Positions 1 to 11,200 of a stretch of DNA of 64,000 nucleotides are shown piece after piece (positions within the stretch are counted from its first letter, which is position 1; each line of letters starts with the position of its first letter). A model generated the notes under the pieces. It ran no database searches. It saw nothing but the letters and a program-made list of their open reading frames with translations, and was not told the DNA's origin. Location: the NCBI GenBank assembly GCA_905178155.1, contig CAJINV010000006.1, forward strand, positions 3,475,573-3,539,572. Direction: 5' to 3'. Position numbers and translations under genes: made by a program. This stretch comes from Amoebophrya sp. A120 (Eukaryota > Protista > Dinoflagellata).

Positions 1-21
1 GGGACGTTTTTACGCAGAATA
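1..21. mobile_element. Introner family E, end only
   Basis: GGGACGTTTTTACGCAGAATA matches family E terminus. Confidence 0.65.
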
Positions 22-2367
22 GCGGTTCTTCAGTTTTTCCACTTCGTGCACGCGCTCGCCCAACTTGCTTCCCGTGTAGCCGCTGACGTAGCCCGACAAG
101 AGGAAAAAACCGCCGACGATGACATTTTCGTGTGTCATATGCAATACAAATTTCCCGCCCATGTACAAAATGCATCACAAATTTCACCAATTTGGAGCGT
201 AAAACTTGTCATGCTAAACTAGGATCGAAGCCAAGTTTTGTCATGCGGAGACCGCATTTGTACGTGTACGGGAAATTTGCTGTGGATATGTCAGAAACTT
301 CAGGAGCGGCAGCGAGATCTGGTTCTGCTTCTCGTGTCGTGCCGTCGCAAGTGCCGCCGGTATAAAGTGGCCGATGATGATGGGTAGAACTAGCAAAAAC
401 CTACACCCATCCAAGGAATCCAAATGCGGTTTGCTTCCCGGCAAAGGCGCGCCCCCCGGCCCCGTGGTGAGTTGGCGACTCGCAGCTCTAGTGCCAGCAG
501 CAACGGGGGTGAGGGACCGGGGAACAGTAGGAAGATTTTCTGGTTTTTGTTTCCCGGACAGAAAAGTCGTTTCGATCTGCGACTGCTCCGCAGACGACGG
601 AACCTCGACGACGGCGGGGGCAATTCCGCCGTAAATACCCTTCGACTGGAGAAATTGGATTTTGCTCTGGCGGATCGTGTATGAACTGCAAAAGTATCGT
701 ACTCGTATGAATGCATTACAAATTTTCTCAGCATGAGAAATAAAATTTGTAATGCTGATATGCCTTGACAAAGAAATTTGTAATGCAAGACGTGCATTTA
801 TACGAGTACGATACTTTATTTGCACAGCATACCGTGTCCGACCCAATCCCCACGTTGATCGCAGATTCCAAACTCGCAATCGTGCTGTTCGAATGCATTG
901 CAAAAGTATGTAGTAATTGCATCTATCGTTCGTTCGTTGTGGATCGGCTCTGCCGACCGGGTAACCCATCGCCTCGCATACAAATGACCGACATAGGCGA
1001 ACCCCGTTGCGGGACATACAAATTGGCCGTGCGGAAGGGCCCTAAGCGCTACATACATAGTTCACCCTAAGCGCCTACCACTTCGGTCGGGACTGAGTCT
1101 ACCTGGTCCTGGGCATCTATGCATTACAAATTTTGCTTTTATGGTAAATCCGCATTAGCATTACAAATTTTCTTTGTCATGCTGAGCTAATTTGTAATGC
1201 AATTTTTACAAGTAGTACGATACTTTTGCAATTCATAGTTCGAATCTGACCGTCGGAGGGTGGACGACCCCGGCGCGGGATATGACACCCTCAGAATGGA
1301 AATCCTCAAAGTGGAAATAATTTGTGATGCATGTAATGCGACACCAAAAAGTCTGTATTGCAGAGAACGTAATGGAGGCCGACTACTGTGCTTCTACGGG
1401 TTCAGAATTGGGATGCTGATTAGCATGACAGAAGGGCACCCCTTTGCCTACCTAGCATGACAGACACGTTTTGAGTGCCCGGGAAATTTGTCATGCGCCG
1501 ACTAGAAATGGTGCTCCAACTGGAGTCGTTTTTTTGCATTACAAATTTTTTTCACTTTGAGGATTTCCAACCTGAGGCTTTCATACGGGAAGCCCCAGAG
1601 GACCGGTTTGGAGTTGTTGGCCTCCATTATGTATCAAAAGTAAAAGGGTCTGGGTCTGGAAACTTGTGATGCTGCGTGGCGTCTCATGATGAGGCTACAG
1701 ATGCTGGCTCAGCATGACAAGTTTCCGAGCTCCTAGGTGTTGCCTATTCTGCATGACAAACTGCGCTTCAAAAACGGAGCTCTTGGGTAACGTGCATGAC
1801 AGATTTAAGAGTCATGCCAGACAAGCATGACAAACATGAATTCTGCCAGACCCAGACATTTTCACAGTTGATATTACCACTGTTTGTTCCTAGTTGTTCC
1901 CTGCTAATTTGATTAACCTCTCCGCCGGTTGAAGATGCATTCGAGGGGTCGTTGGAGGTGCCGCTCCCCCGCGCTGGTGTATGGAAGCGTCAGGATTGAA
2001 ATCGTCAAAGTTGGAGTAATTTGCAATGCATAAAACGGATACCAGTTGGTACCTAGTTTTCAAGTGGCGCATGACAAATTTGGGTAGAACTACCGGGATC
2101 CAGTTTGTAATGCTGTTTGGGTAAGGAAGCCGCCTTCTATCATGCTACTTTAGCACCTCTATTTCTACCCCTCAACAGGCTTACCATCTGTCTCCCTTGC
2201 CTACTCTGCTAGACCGGCTCTTTGTGGGTTGCATTTTATGCATCACAAACTATCTCATTCTCAACTTTGTCGATTTCAAACCTGACGCTTCCATATGGTG
2301 CCGTTCCATCGTACGCGCTATGGTATTCGCGAGAGCGACGCCGCAGATTCTTGTGGGTGAGCATCAT
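1..2367 (-). CDS. Acyltransferase family 3 (OafA/YrhL-like, Acyl_transf_3) membrane protein; 3' end beyond window
   Basis: Removing 6 introners (+5 nt each) gives one frame MMLTHKNL...HLDSLDGCRFLLVLPIIIGHF...VIVGGFFLLSGY; LDGxR..H and FFxLSGY are Acyl_transf_3 hallmarks. Start uncertain. Confidence 0.8.
138..288. mobile_element. Introner family A (TIR TAT..AAATTTCCCG)
   Basis: DR TGTCA. Confidence 0.9.
680..831. mobile_element. Introner family B (TIR TAT..TGCAAAAGTATCG)
   Basis: DR TCGTG/CCGTG. Confidence 0.85.
892..1237. mobile_element. Introner family B with nested insert
   Basis: DR GTTCG. Confidence 0.85.
927..1112 (-). mobile_element. 186-bp SINE-like insertion nested in introner 892-1237
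   Basis: 8-bp duplication GCATCTAT at 919-926 and 1113-1120; (AACG)3 tail at minus-strand 3' end; no TIR. Confidence 0.65.
1281..1585. mobile_element. Introner family D (TIR TATGGAAGYGTCAG-like)
   Basis: DR CGGGA. Confidence 0.9.
1632..1873. mobile_element. Introner family C (TIR TATCAA..GTCTGGGTCTGG)
   Basis: DR TTATG/TTACC, frame restored. Confidence 0.85.
1980..2295. mobile_element. Introner family D
   Basis: DR TGGTG. Confidence 0.9.
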
Positions 2368-4080
2368 TTTGGATATTACTGCACTGTAAATTTTTCAAAG
2401 ACATAAATACCACGTTGCCCCCCTTACGCCGAATGTCTTCTCCTGGGCGCCGGGAAGAATAAACTAATAATGCTACGAAAATAACTAGAACTACATCATG
2501 ATCATTTGCCAAAGGACTTGGACTTGTTGCGGCGAGATACAAAAAACACAGCGAGAGCATGATGAAAAACGAATTTATCGCCCGCCCGGAATAGACGTGG
2601 TTGGACGATGAAGCGAAAACATTTATCAGGTGGTATTTTCTTTTTTCAACGTGAAGATTATATACGAGCCCGACTTCTGACGAGTAAGTACCTCTTCCCT
2701 TGAACGATGAAACACACAATAAACACTGTATTGTCATCACCGAAGAAGTAGTTGTTTCGGAAAGGTAAAAGAACTTGTTCGCTTCAATAAATTCACAACC
2801 GAGTATTTGCATCAAGTCGACCATCAGCTACCCACCCCAATTTTTCAGAACCTCTTTGCGCAAGTCCTCAAAGAGTCGCGGAATACGAAGAAGCGAGAAG
2901 CGTACGAATCAAAAATAGCAGCACTTTATAACTTTTTCGCCCTAGATCGACGGAGGTGGCAGCTTGGTACCACCAGCAGCCCCAGGCACCAGCGAAAGAA
3001 CATCATCGACGCAGGAACTCTACTTGTACATCTTCCACCTCTTTCCCTTTCGCTTGTTCTGTAGTTTTCATCCTCCTAAGTAAACGCAGCCACCCCTGCA
3101 GGCCGCGAGCCTCATTTTCTTGGAAGTTCTTGTTGTTTCCATCGATTCATCTTGCATGCCGTGCCTCGACAAGTATGCTGCATGTAGATGTTGTACAAGT
3201 GGTGCCAAAGCATAATTCCTGTACTCAAGTGTCACAGCATAGATACGTAGTCGTGTAAAGCTGCTGCTCATCTTCGTGGGAAATAGATCACACGTGGGCA
3301 GCAAGGTGGTCGTTGTATAGATGAACCTACGTGGAAGTTGTACAGGAACTTGTTCGTTTTTTAATATGGCCTCGACGTAGTTTTTCAAGAACATGAATTT
3401 GAATTTCAATCATTGTACACGACGGACTTGTCTATATCGTAATCATACATGGGAGAAGTGAAGTGAAGTCTAATCTTCTCATCATACAGATACAACCAAC
3501 ATGGGATAAAATTAAATAAAACTAAAACTTCTCCTACAAGCACAGTGCATGATCCTCTCCTACAGGCAGGAGATGATCCACTGATTCCTCCTGCAGGCTG
3601 CAATGATTACGAAAAAAGAGCACTATGAACTACACCGCGAGAAGCGCTGCCGTTCTTTCGGGTGGCACTGTACCTGAAGTGGTTATAGTTGTACCACTTC
3701 AGGACGACGCCCTTTGGAGGCCTCGCACTTCTGGCGGGACATAATTACTTAGTACCTACAAAGCAACTTTTTTAGGCGAAGATGACGCGACAGAAAATCT
3801 CCGGCAACTAACTTTGATCGAGACGGGAAGGAGTCGGATAATTTGGCACTTACCACCGGCGGTAGTACATTTTTAGTATTCTTAACCTTATACTATACCA
3901 GATACGACTCTATAAGACCACTCCCATCTACAACTTTGTCCGAGTCATCTATTGGAAGATCTCCAAGAAGATAATTTGCCTGGTGAGCCGGGTCATCTTC
4001 CCCGAATTAAAATTATACAGGCTTATTCTTGATCGCTTTGAGATCTCGTCCGCAACATGGCGTGGCTTTGAGTTGTTCTC

Positions 4081-6649
4081 TCAGCTGTCTTTTTGTTTGT
4101 TTCCCCGTTTTGTTCCACAACATCGGACAAAGCGCCGACGTAGCCTTTCACCCAAGCCACGGTCCGCCTGGCGCGCGCGCGTTACCTTTTCCCACCCTTC
4201 TGGCGTCCAGAGAGCGTTTCCGCGTTCTACCGGTGCAATTATGGTAGGGAAAATAAACGGGGCCCACGCCCCACGGTCAAGATGGGAATTTTTTTGCAAC
4301 ACAAATCCAGAAGCTACTTCGGGAGTCACGCATGACAAGTCTCTAGCACAACTAGCTGTCGCGTGGTGCAGATTCGCAAGAAGGGCAGCCACATCTTCAA
4401 CACAGAGCCATCTGCTTATGATCCTATTTATTATACGTTTACACCATCACAAATGCCGAAACACGAATGTGTCTCATGGGCGGGATCATGCGCATTACAA
4501 ATCTTGCTGTAGATGCGAATCTCCATGACAACTCTGAGGTGCAGTAGTGGGCCTCGTTTTTCGTCAGGATACAAAAAGTTGTCGCCTCTTCATTCACCAC
4601 CCCTCCATATTCCTCGTAGGAGCAGTCGTACACTTCATAGCTTTTGTCCTCCGACGAGGTAGCTCTAGTACTACTTGGGATGTGGATACTAAACTCCGCA
4701 GCAGCTGGAGGTAGCGGCTGGTGTTTGTTGTTCCAATACCATTTGTCCCCACAAATTTCCATTACCCGTTCTCTTCCTTCAAGTTGATGCGCTTTTCGGA
4801 TAATTTCTGGTGATACGATTACCACCTCGGAAACCCATGATTGGGTTTGAAACCAGGGCCAGCGGTTCACGGGCTCGGCAGGCGTGTGGCGAAGCGTGAC
4901 GGCGACCTTGCGCAGTTCTGCATAATTACGGCCGTGGTTATCCGACGTGAGGGCAAATTTAAACTCAGCGGTGAGCTTCGGGCGGCGTTCCGCCACGTAA
5001 AAAGCGCCACTTGAAACGGGCTCGTGTCCACTGTACTCTTGAAACAGGACGGCATTATTTAAACTGCTGTCTCTGTAAACCGAGGTGCGGTAGTAGATGG
5101 CTTCCTCACGGCTCTCTAGACGAAGCGTCACCTGTCGGACAGGTGACGCTTCGTCTGGAGAGTCGTCAGGAACAGGAAGCCATCTCCAGTCCACAACGGG
5201 CTTCTTCAACTCTCCCGGTGCTAGCAACAAAGATATCCAAGAAAAAAACTCCCTTAGTGTAGGTCTAGGTGTGCTGGTGGTGTCATTGGTTTTTAATTGC
5301 ATGACAAAATTCCTCTGCATCACAGAGAAGTCCTCTTGTCATGCACAGCTAGTACGTGAAAACACGTACGAAAGCAAGACATTAATATGGCTGGTACGCA
5401 TTACAAGTGTGCCTCCTGCGTTGCATGCTTTCCACGTAATACAGACAATACACCACTACACTGCTTTTTTCTTGCATAAAAGACGCCGCGCGTTCAACGT
5501 CGGCGATCGGCGGAAAACCTTGGCGAGTTGTCTCCGCTGCGTCAGTATCAAATGTAAAAATGTCTGGGTCTGGAAGAATGCATGTTTGTCATGCTTGTCT
5601 GGCATGACTCTTAAATCTGTCATGCGCATTGCCCAAGAGACGTTTTTTTCTGTCATGCGGAGACGCAGTTTGTCATGCAGAATAGGCAACACCTACAAGC
5701 TCAGAAATTTGTCATGCTGAGCCAGCACTTGTGGCCTCCGTATGCTACGCCACTCAGCATCACAAGTTTCCAGACCCAGACATTTTTCCATTTGATAGTC
5801 AGACTCGCGGCGCCCGCCGATCGGCGGAACCGTCAGCAGCACCTCTCTCGGCGCCATCAAGTGGGACGGCGCTTGACCACCACGGCGAAGCCCACTGCTG
5901 GCGCTACCGCCCTCCTCCCTCCGTACTTCATGTCGAGGCTGGTACGCAAGCAGGCTGCGTAGAAAGTTACGCGCAAAGACGGTAACCACGCGCGACCGCT
6001 GCAGCTGGGCCACCTGGTTTGGGCCCTCAATGCTGGCCCCCAATGCGGTCCGACCCCAACCGCGACCGGCAGTGGCTAGGCTTGTCTTTTCTTCCTTGGT
6101 TAACAGAGAGCGAGGCTCTCCGTCTAGGGACCCTCCACCTAGGTGCTCGGCAGCGAAAGGTTGCTGGACCGCATTCATAGCTGATGAAGATCTTGCATCA
6201 ACCGCCCCAGCGACCGGCTCTACTTCTCTGCCGCGGGAGAGAACAGTGCTAACAAGCGGGCGCTGCTGGGCAAGGAGGTTCGCAAAATCTGCGGAATACG
6301 CGTGGTTCTTCTCAATACGTCCTTCTTCGGGAGCAACAGCACCCCCGTCGATCCGGATGGGAGCGAAGTAGTCTTCCAAGTTGGCAACTGGAAGTACAGC
6401 CTCGTCTTTGCTGGTTGTACCACGAGTAGGCGACCGTCCGGCGCCACGACTCCGTCCCGACGAGGAAGGGCTTCTACTTGGCCGCCCTCGGCCAGCACCA
6501 GAAGAGGACGACACCTGAAGTTCCAGGGCTTGGCACGTATAAACGACACTGCTCGACGTCATACTTTCCGATAAAAGAAGCAAGGCCGCCGCGGTGCTGC
6601 CGGCCAACTTCCACGACACAGACGAGGTTTTGGTAGTTTCCTTCATCAT
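4081..6649 (-). CDS. Hypothetical protein with signal-peptide-like N-terminus
   Basis: ORF-track segments 5693..6649, 4439..5323 and 4081..4392 join in frame across 3 introners; last junction has a poor DR, so C-terminus less certain. Confidence 0.6.
4240..4571. mobile_element. Introner family E (TIR TATCCTGAGTAAAAACG-like), diverged
   Basis: TIR and core motifs; poor DR. Confidence 0.75.
5234..5478. mobile_element. Introner family L (TIR TATCCAAGAAAAAA)
   Basis: DR AAAGA. Confidence 0.9.
5546..5797. mobile_element. Introner family C
   Basis: DR GTCAG. Confidence 0.9.
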
Positions 6650-8205
6650 TATTGTGCAACTTCTACTACTTTGCTAGAAGTGCTGTTTTACTTACAAATG
6701 GAAAGGAAATGTCTCCTCCTTTCTTGTCACGAATTTGCAGGTGAAGACAATGGCTTGAAAAACTTCGATATTACGGGTGGAAAAATAGTGGGTGTCAAAC
6801 GTTATAGAGCGATCTATAATCGCTATGGTCAGAGTAACAATTTTTTGTAAAGAATAACAATTCGTCTAACTAGGATCTTCTGCACAGAGGTTTTTTCGTA
6901 ACTCAAAGTTGTACTAGGTGAAAGTACGTAGAATTACAAGCTGTTGAACTGTGGGGAAGACCAACATGATTTGGCAAGTGCATGTTGTCTGTCACAACAG
7001 AATATTAGAACGATCTCGGAGGCCAGGCGGGTGCGAGTACGACATACGCCGCGCCTGCGAAATTTTTCATCAAGTCAGGATCCTGAATTTTATCCACCGA
7101 ATGTAGGTCTTGTACCGACCCCACCTTCGAGGGGGACTGCTTAGAATTGCGAGTTTTTCGTGACCAGCAGCGAGAGAGCACAAAAACAAGAAACGACCGC
7201 GGATTTTGTCATTTTGATCTTATTGGATGATCCTGTCTATAATTTTGGTCGTGATGTGGATCTGCCGACGCTTGGCACACGAATCCAAAGAACCGATATG
7301 GAAGATCTGAGTTCTTGCCTGCGACTTCTGATCAGGTTGAGCTGCTGAGGTCCTCGTGGATCTGGGCCTTCACTTATTTCTCGGGCCTGCAGATCTGAGG
7401 ATGCACATTGTTCGCGAAGATCGCTCCTCGACCTTTCTTTGCAAACTGATCGAAAAAAATAGAAAAAAAGGACCATCATCCGGAGGCAAAAGAGCACCGT
7501 CTGCGAGCGTCTCGATAGCACTGGTACAAAACCAGAAAGAACTCCTAGTGCGATTTTCTCAATTTGCGATAGCAATGCAGAGCAATACACGACCTTAGGA
7601 TCATCACGAAGTTGCGCGCCTGCGCGCAATAAAATGTGCAACTGGTGCAGCACTGCTGAAAATGAAAAACTCTGCGAAAATAAATTATGAGAAGGTGATT
7701 GATACGGATGTACTGCAAGTAAAAACTTCTCAGCATGATTTGTCATCCGATCACTCACAACGTCGTCATGATCTGTCGTCATATAAAGCGATGTTGAATG
7801 GGCTCGTTTTATTCATGTTGGTCCCTTCAGGGTGCAACTGCAATGTAAATGCTGCACCTTATCGGTAGAAAGATTAAACCCTGCTGGGCGACGAGGAGAA
7901 ACAAATCCGACCTCCTGGGCGAGGAGAAGCAAACAGTTACCGTATTTGCACTTCTGCTTTCGCGATTTGATATAAATAAACTCTGATCATGTTCATGTTG
8001 TAAAAATGTTCAAAAAATAAAGGCAGTTTTTAGTTGTTGAAGCGCAAGCGTAAAAAGTCGTGGTGGTCATTAGATTTTACTAGCTGATCTTTTAAATTTG
8101 ATGCAGCAAGGATTATCGTCTTGCCTTTAGTCTTGGTAGTCCTCTCGTCGGTTTTTGCGTGATCATCATCGCGTGTGAATACTCATAGACTCGTCGCTGT
8201 AGTCT

Positions 8206-11200
8206 TCACAATGGCCCCTCCTGCTTCTCCAGTTCCCGAATCAAATCCCAATCCGCCCAGGGCACGTACTTTATATGAAATGCAAAATAAGCATCGTACT
8301 AGTAGAAATCGCATGACAAATTCCCTCAGCATGAAAAATGGAATTTGTCATGCGGATTGAGGTTGAGAAGGAGATTTGTAATGCGTGGTTGCGATAATGA
8401 CTACGAGTGCGATACTTTTATTGCACAGGATACTTTATCTTCCCCGACACAGCGTCCTTCTTCATGTGGTTTTTCCGGAACACGCACCTTTGCATATCCT
8501 GCGTAAAAACGTCCCCGCGGCCCCATAGTCAAGATGATGGGGAATCTGCTAGACAAATCCGCCAGATTTTGTTGTTTCGCATGACAGGTTTGCGATTGCC
8601 CCCACAGTCGCACCCGGTTTAGCTAGTTCAGCAGCATCACAGATCTAGAATATCATGCTGATTCTAGCATCACAAATTATCCCCGAACACGACTAGAAAA
8701 TGCTTCTCATGTGGCTCCGCATGAGAAACTTTTTTGCAGGCATGCAGATTTGCATTGCAACTCTGGGGTTGGGACGTTTTTGCCCAGGATATTCCAACAT
8801 GTTGAAGTCTTCGTCCCACATTTTTTTCCACATGTAGAGCCAGAACACATGCTATGAAATGCAGGAGCATCGTACCAGTATAAATCGCATGACAAATGAT
8901 CTCCTCAGCATGAGAGAGAGAGATAGAATTTGTAATGCGGATTCAACTTGAGAAAGAAATTTGTGATGCATGAATGCGATTAGTACGACTACGATACTTT
9001 TGCACAGGATACATGCGACTCCCTGACGATCTCCATTGCCTGCTTGCATTGGTGGTTCAGCCTGTCCATGTCAATTGGCTCAGGTTTGCTGGAGCTGCGG
9101 CATTCTTCGTCTCCGTCGGTTTTCAGCCACAAGTCGTACTCTTCCTTGTCGTACATATGCTTCAAAACTTTCGAACTGCTGGCTCGGTAGTTGTCCTGGT
9201 CGTAGAATTCTTCTTCAAATTCGCACTTGATTACATATGAAACGCAGATAGGTCTGGGTCTGGAAGCTGCTTGCCGGGTTTGTCATGCATATTTTGCATG
9301 TCCACTGATTATCTGTGATGTATGTATGCCCTAGAAGCATCACAGACGTCTAGAACTCTTCCTGTTCCTGATCCTGATATGCCTATTCCGCATTAGAAAT
9401 GCCCTACACATTGCAATTTTTTTCGAATCCGGAGACAGCATTACAAGTTGCAACCTTCCAGAGGACCCAGACATATTTGCAATGCGTATTCCAGCTTCCT
9501 TCTCAAATTCTTCGATTCCCACCGAGTCGAAGTTTTTCAGGTGCCAGTGCTTGTACGTTTCGAACTCATTCAGACACTTCTCCACGAAAGATTCAGTGTA
9601 TGAAAGTGGAAATAAAGAACTCCTCGTCGTTGTTAGTTGTCCCCCTCATTTCCAAGGCATGATAACCACTCGTGCTATAATGCTTGCAGCTGCCCGTGCC
9701 CCCGCGTCCTAGAACTGCGCTGCATCTAAGAAGTTGCAGCACGACTACGGTAATAAACTGCGGCGCTAGCATCTAGAAGCACTTCTTCTCGTCCTCAGAA
9801 GTAAAAACTACACGAGGATCATTGTGCCTGTTAGTGCTTCATCTCTTGCTGGTGTTCATGCACAACTTGAATCGAGATGATAGTGAGCGGGGAGGGGGCG
9901 AGGTCGAGGGGTGACACAAGTAGAGCAGTTCTCTTTGTGGTCCACTTTCATACAATGCTGCTATCGTGATGCTCGGGATCGCAGACGTGGTGCCAAGGCT
10001 TCAAAGTCCCCGAATAGTGAACCACGGCGATGCGAAGGCGGCCACTGAGATTTCATTTTAATATTGTGTAGCTGAATGTAAAAATTACGAGCATTTTTGA
10101 ACTCGCAGTGGCACTCGATGAAATTGGAATCATAATTCGAAAGACGAGAAAGCTTGGCTTCATAAGGCTGCAACCAATAACATACATAGAAGAAAAACTC
10201 GCCCTGTTGAAAAGAAAAAAAATTATCAATCTTACATCGGATCCAAGTATCGCTTGCGTTCCGCACAATTAAGCGGGTTCATGTTGTGAAAAATCTGGTG
10301 CTATCAACTGTAAAAATGTCTGGGTCTGGAAGATTCTGACACTTGTCATGCACGGTTTGCATGAGACATGATGTCTGTGATGCATGCCCTAGCATCACAG
10401 GTTTTTTGCGGGATTCTTGATGCCTATTCCGCATGATAAATGCCCTCTCCGCGTAGCAAAAATTAGAATCCTTTTGCTGCTCATGCAACACAAATCTTTT
10501 AGACATCCATATGCAGCATGACAAGTTGCATTCTTCCAGACCCAGACATTTTTACATTTGATAGGTGCAGCTGAAAATTGAACCGAACAGAAATGTTGTG
10601 CCAGGGGTAGTCGGCAAAGTAGCGCGACAAGAAATCCTGCTCCGGCGCGGTGGTGTTGATGTGCTCCGGGTGTCGGGTCGTTTTCACAACCGTACACACG
10701 TCCTGAAACCGCTTCGCGTCCGGCTGAAACAGCATGTATCCAAGAAAAAAACGTGTGTAGGTGTAGCTTTGTGCTGCGGAAGATGCTAGACGCTTACGTT
10801 TGTCATGCTGGACATGCATCAGAGGCTCTTTTCGCACTAGTTTTCACTGATACTAGCTACGCATGACAGGTTTTCTCTGTCATGCAGAGCAAACTTGTGA
10901 TGCTGTTCCTCCAAGAAAGTTAAACTTACACAGTTTTTTACTTGCATAGCATGACCCCGGCGTTGATCCCCGTTCCCTGGAAAAACGCCTCCGGCCACTG
11001 TTCATTTTCCTTCGGTGCTTCGGGGCCGGACAGACCCTTCCGGAAGAAGTTGGTATGCAGCGCAAATTATATGTCTGGGTCTGGAAGAGTGCAAGAACTT
11101 GTGATGCTGCATTTGGATCCTAGAAAAATTTGCGTTGCATGAGCAGCAATGGGTAATGAGAGTCTTGCTAGGTGGAGGGGGCATTTGTAATGCGGAATAG

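Noticed and set aside
927-1112. Insert as a spliceosomal snRNA copy (size near U1/U2, ACCTGG and AATTTG motifs)
   Set aside because: No proper U1 5' end or U2 branch-pairing sequence recognised in a consistent orientation
2400-4050. Coding potential in AT-richer gaps (also 6700-8150, 19600-20500, 53500-54650, 62300-63350)
   Set aside because: Only short ORFs without motifs or introners; treated as UTR or intergenic
8206-9598. Separate gene downstream of the GT8 gene
   Set aside because: No start codon in frame; it joins the GT8 ORF via element 9599-9952
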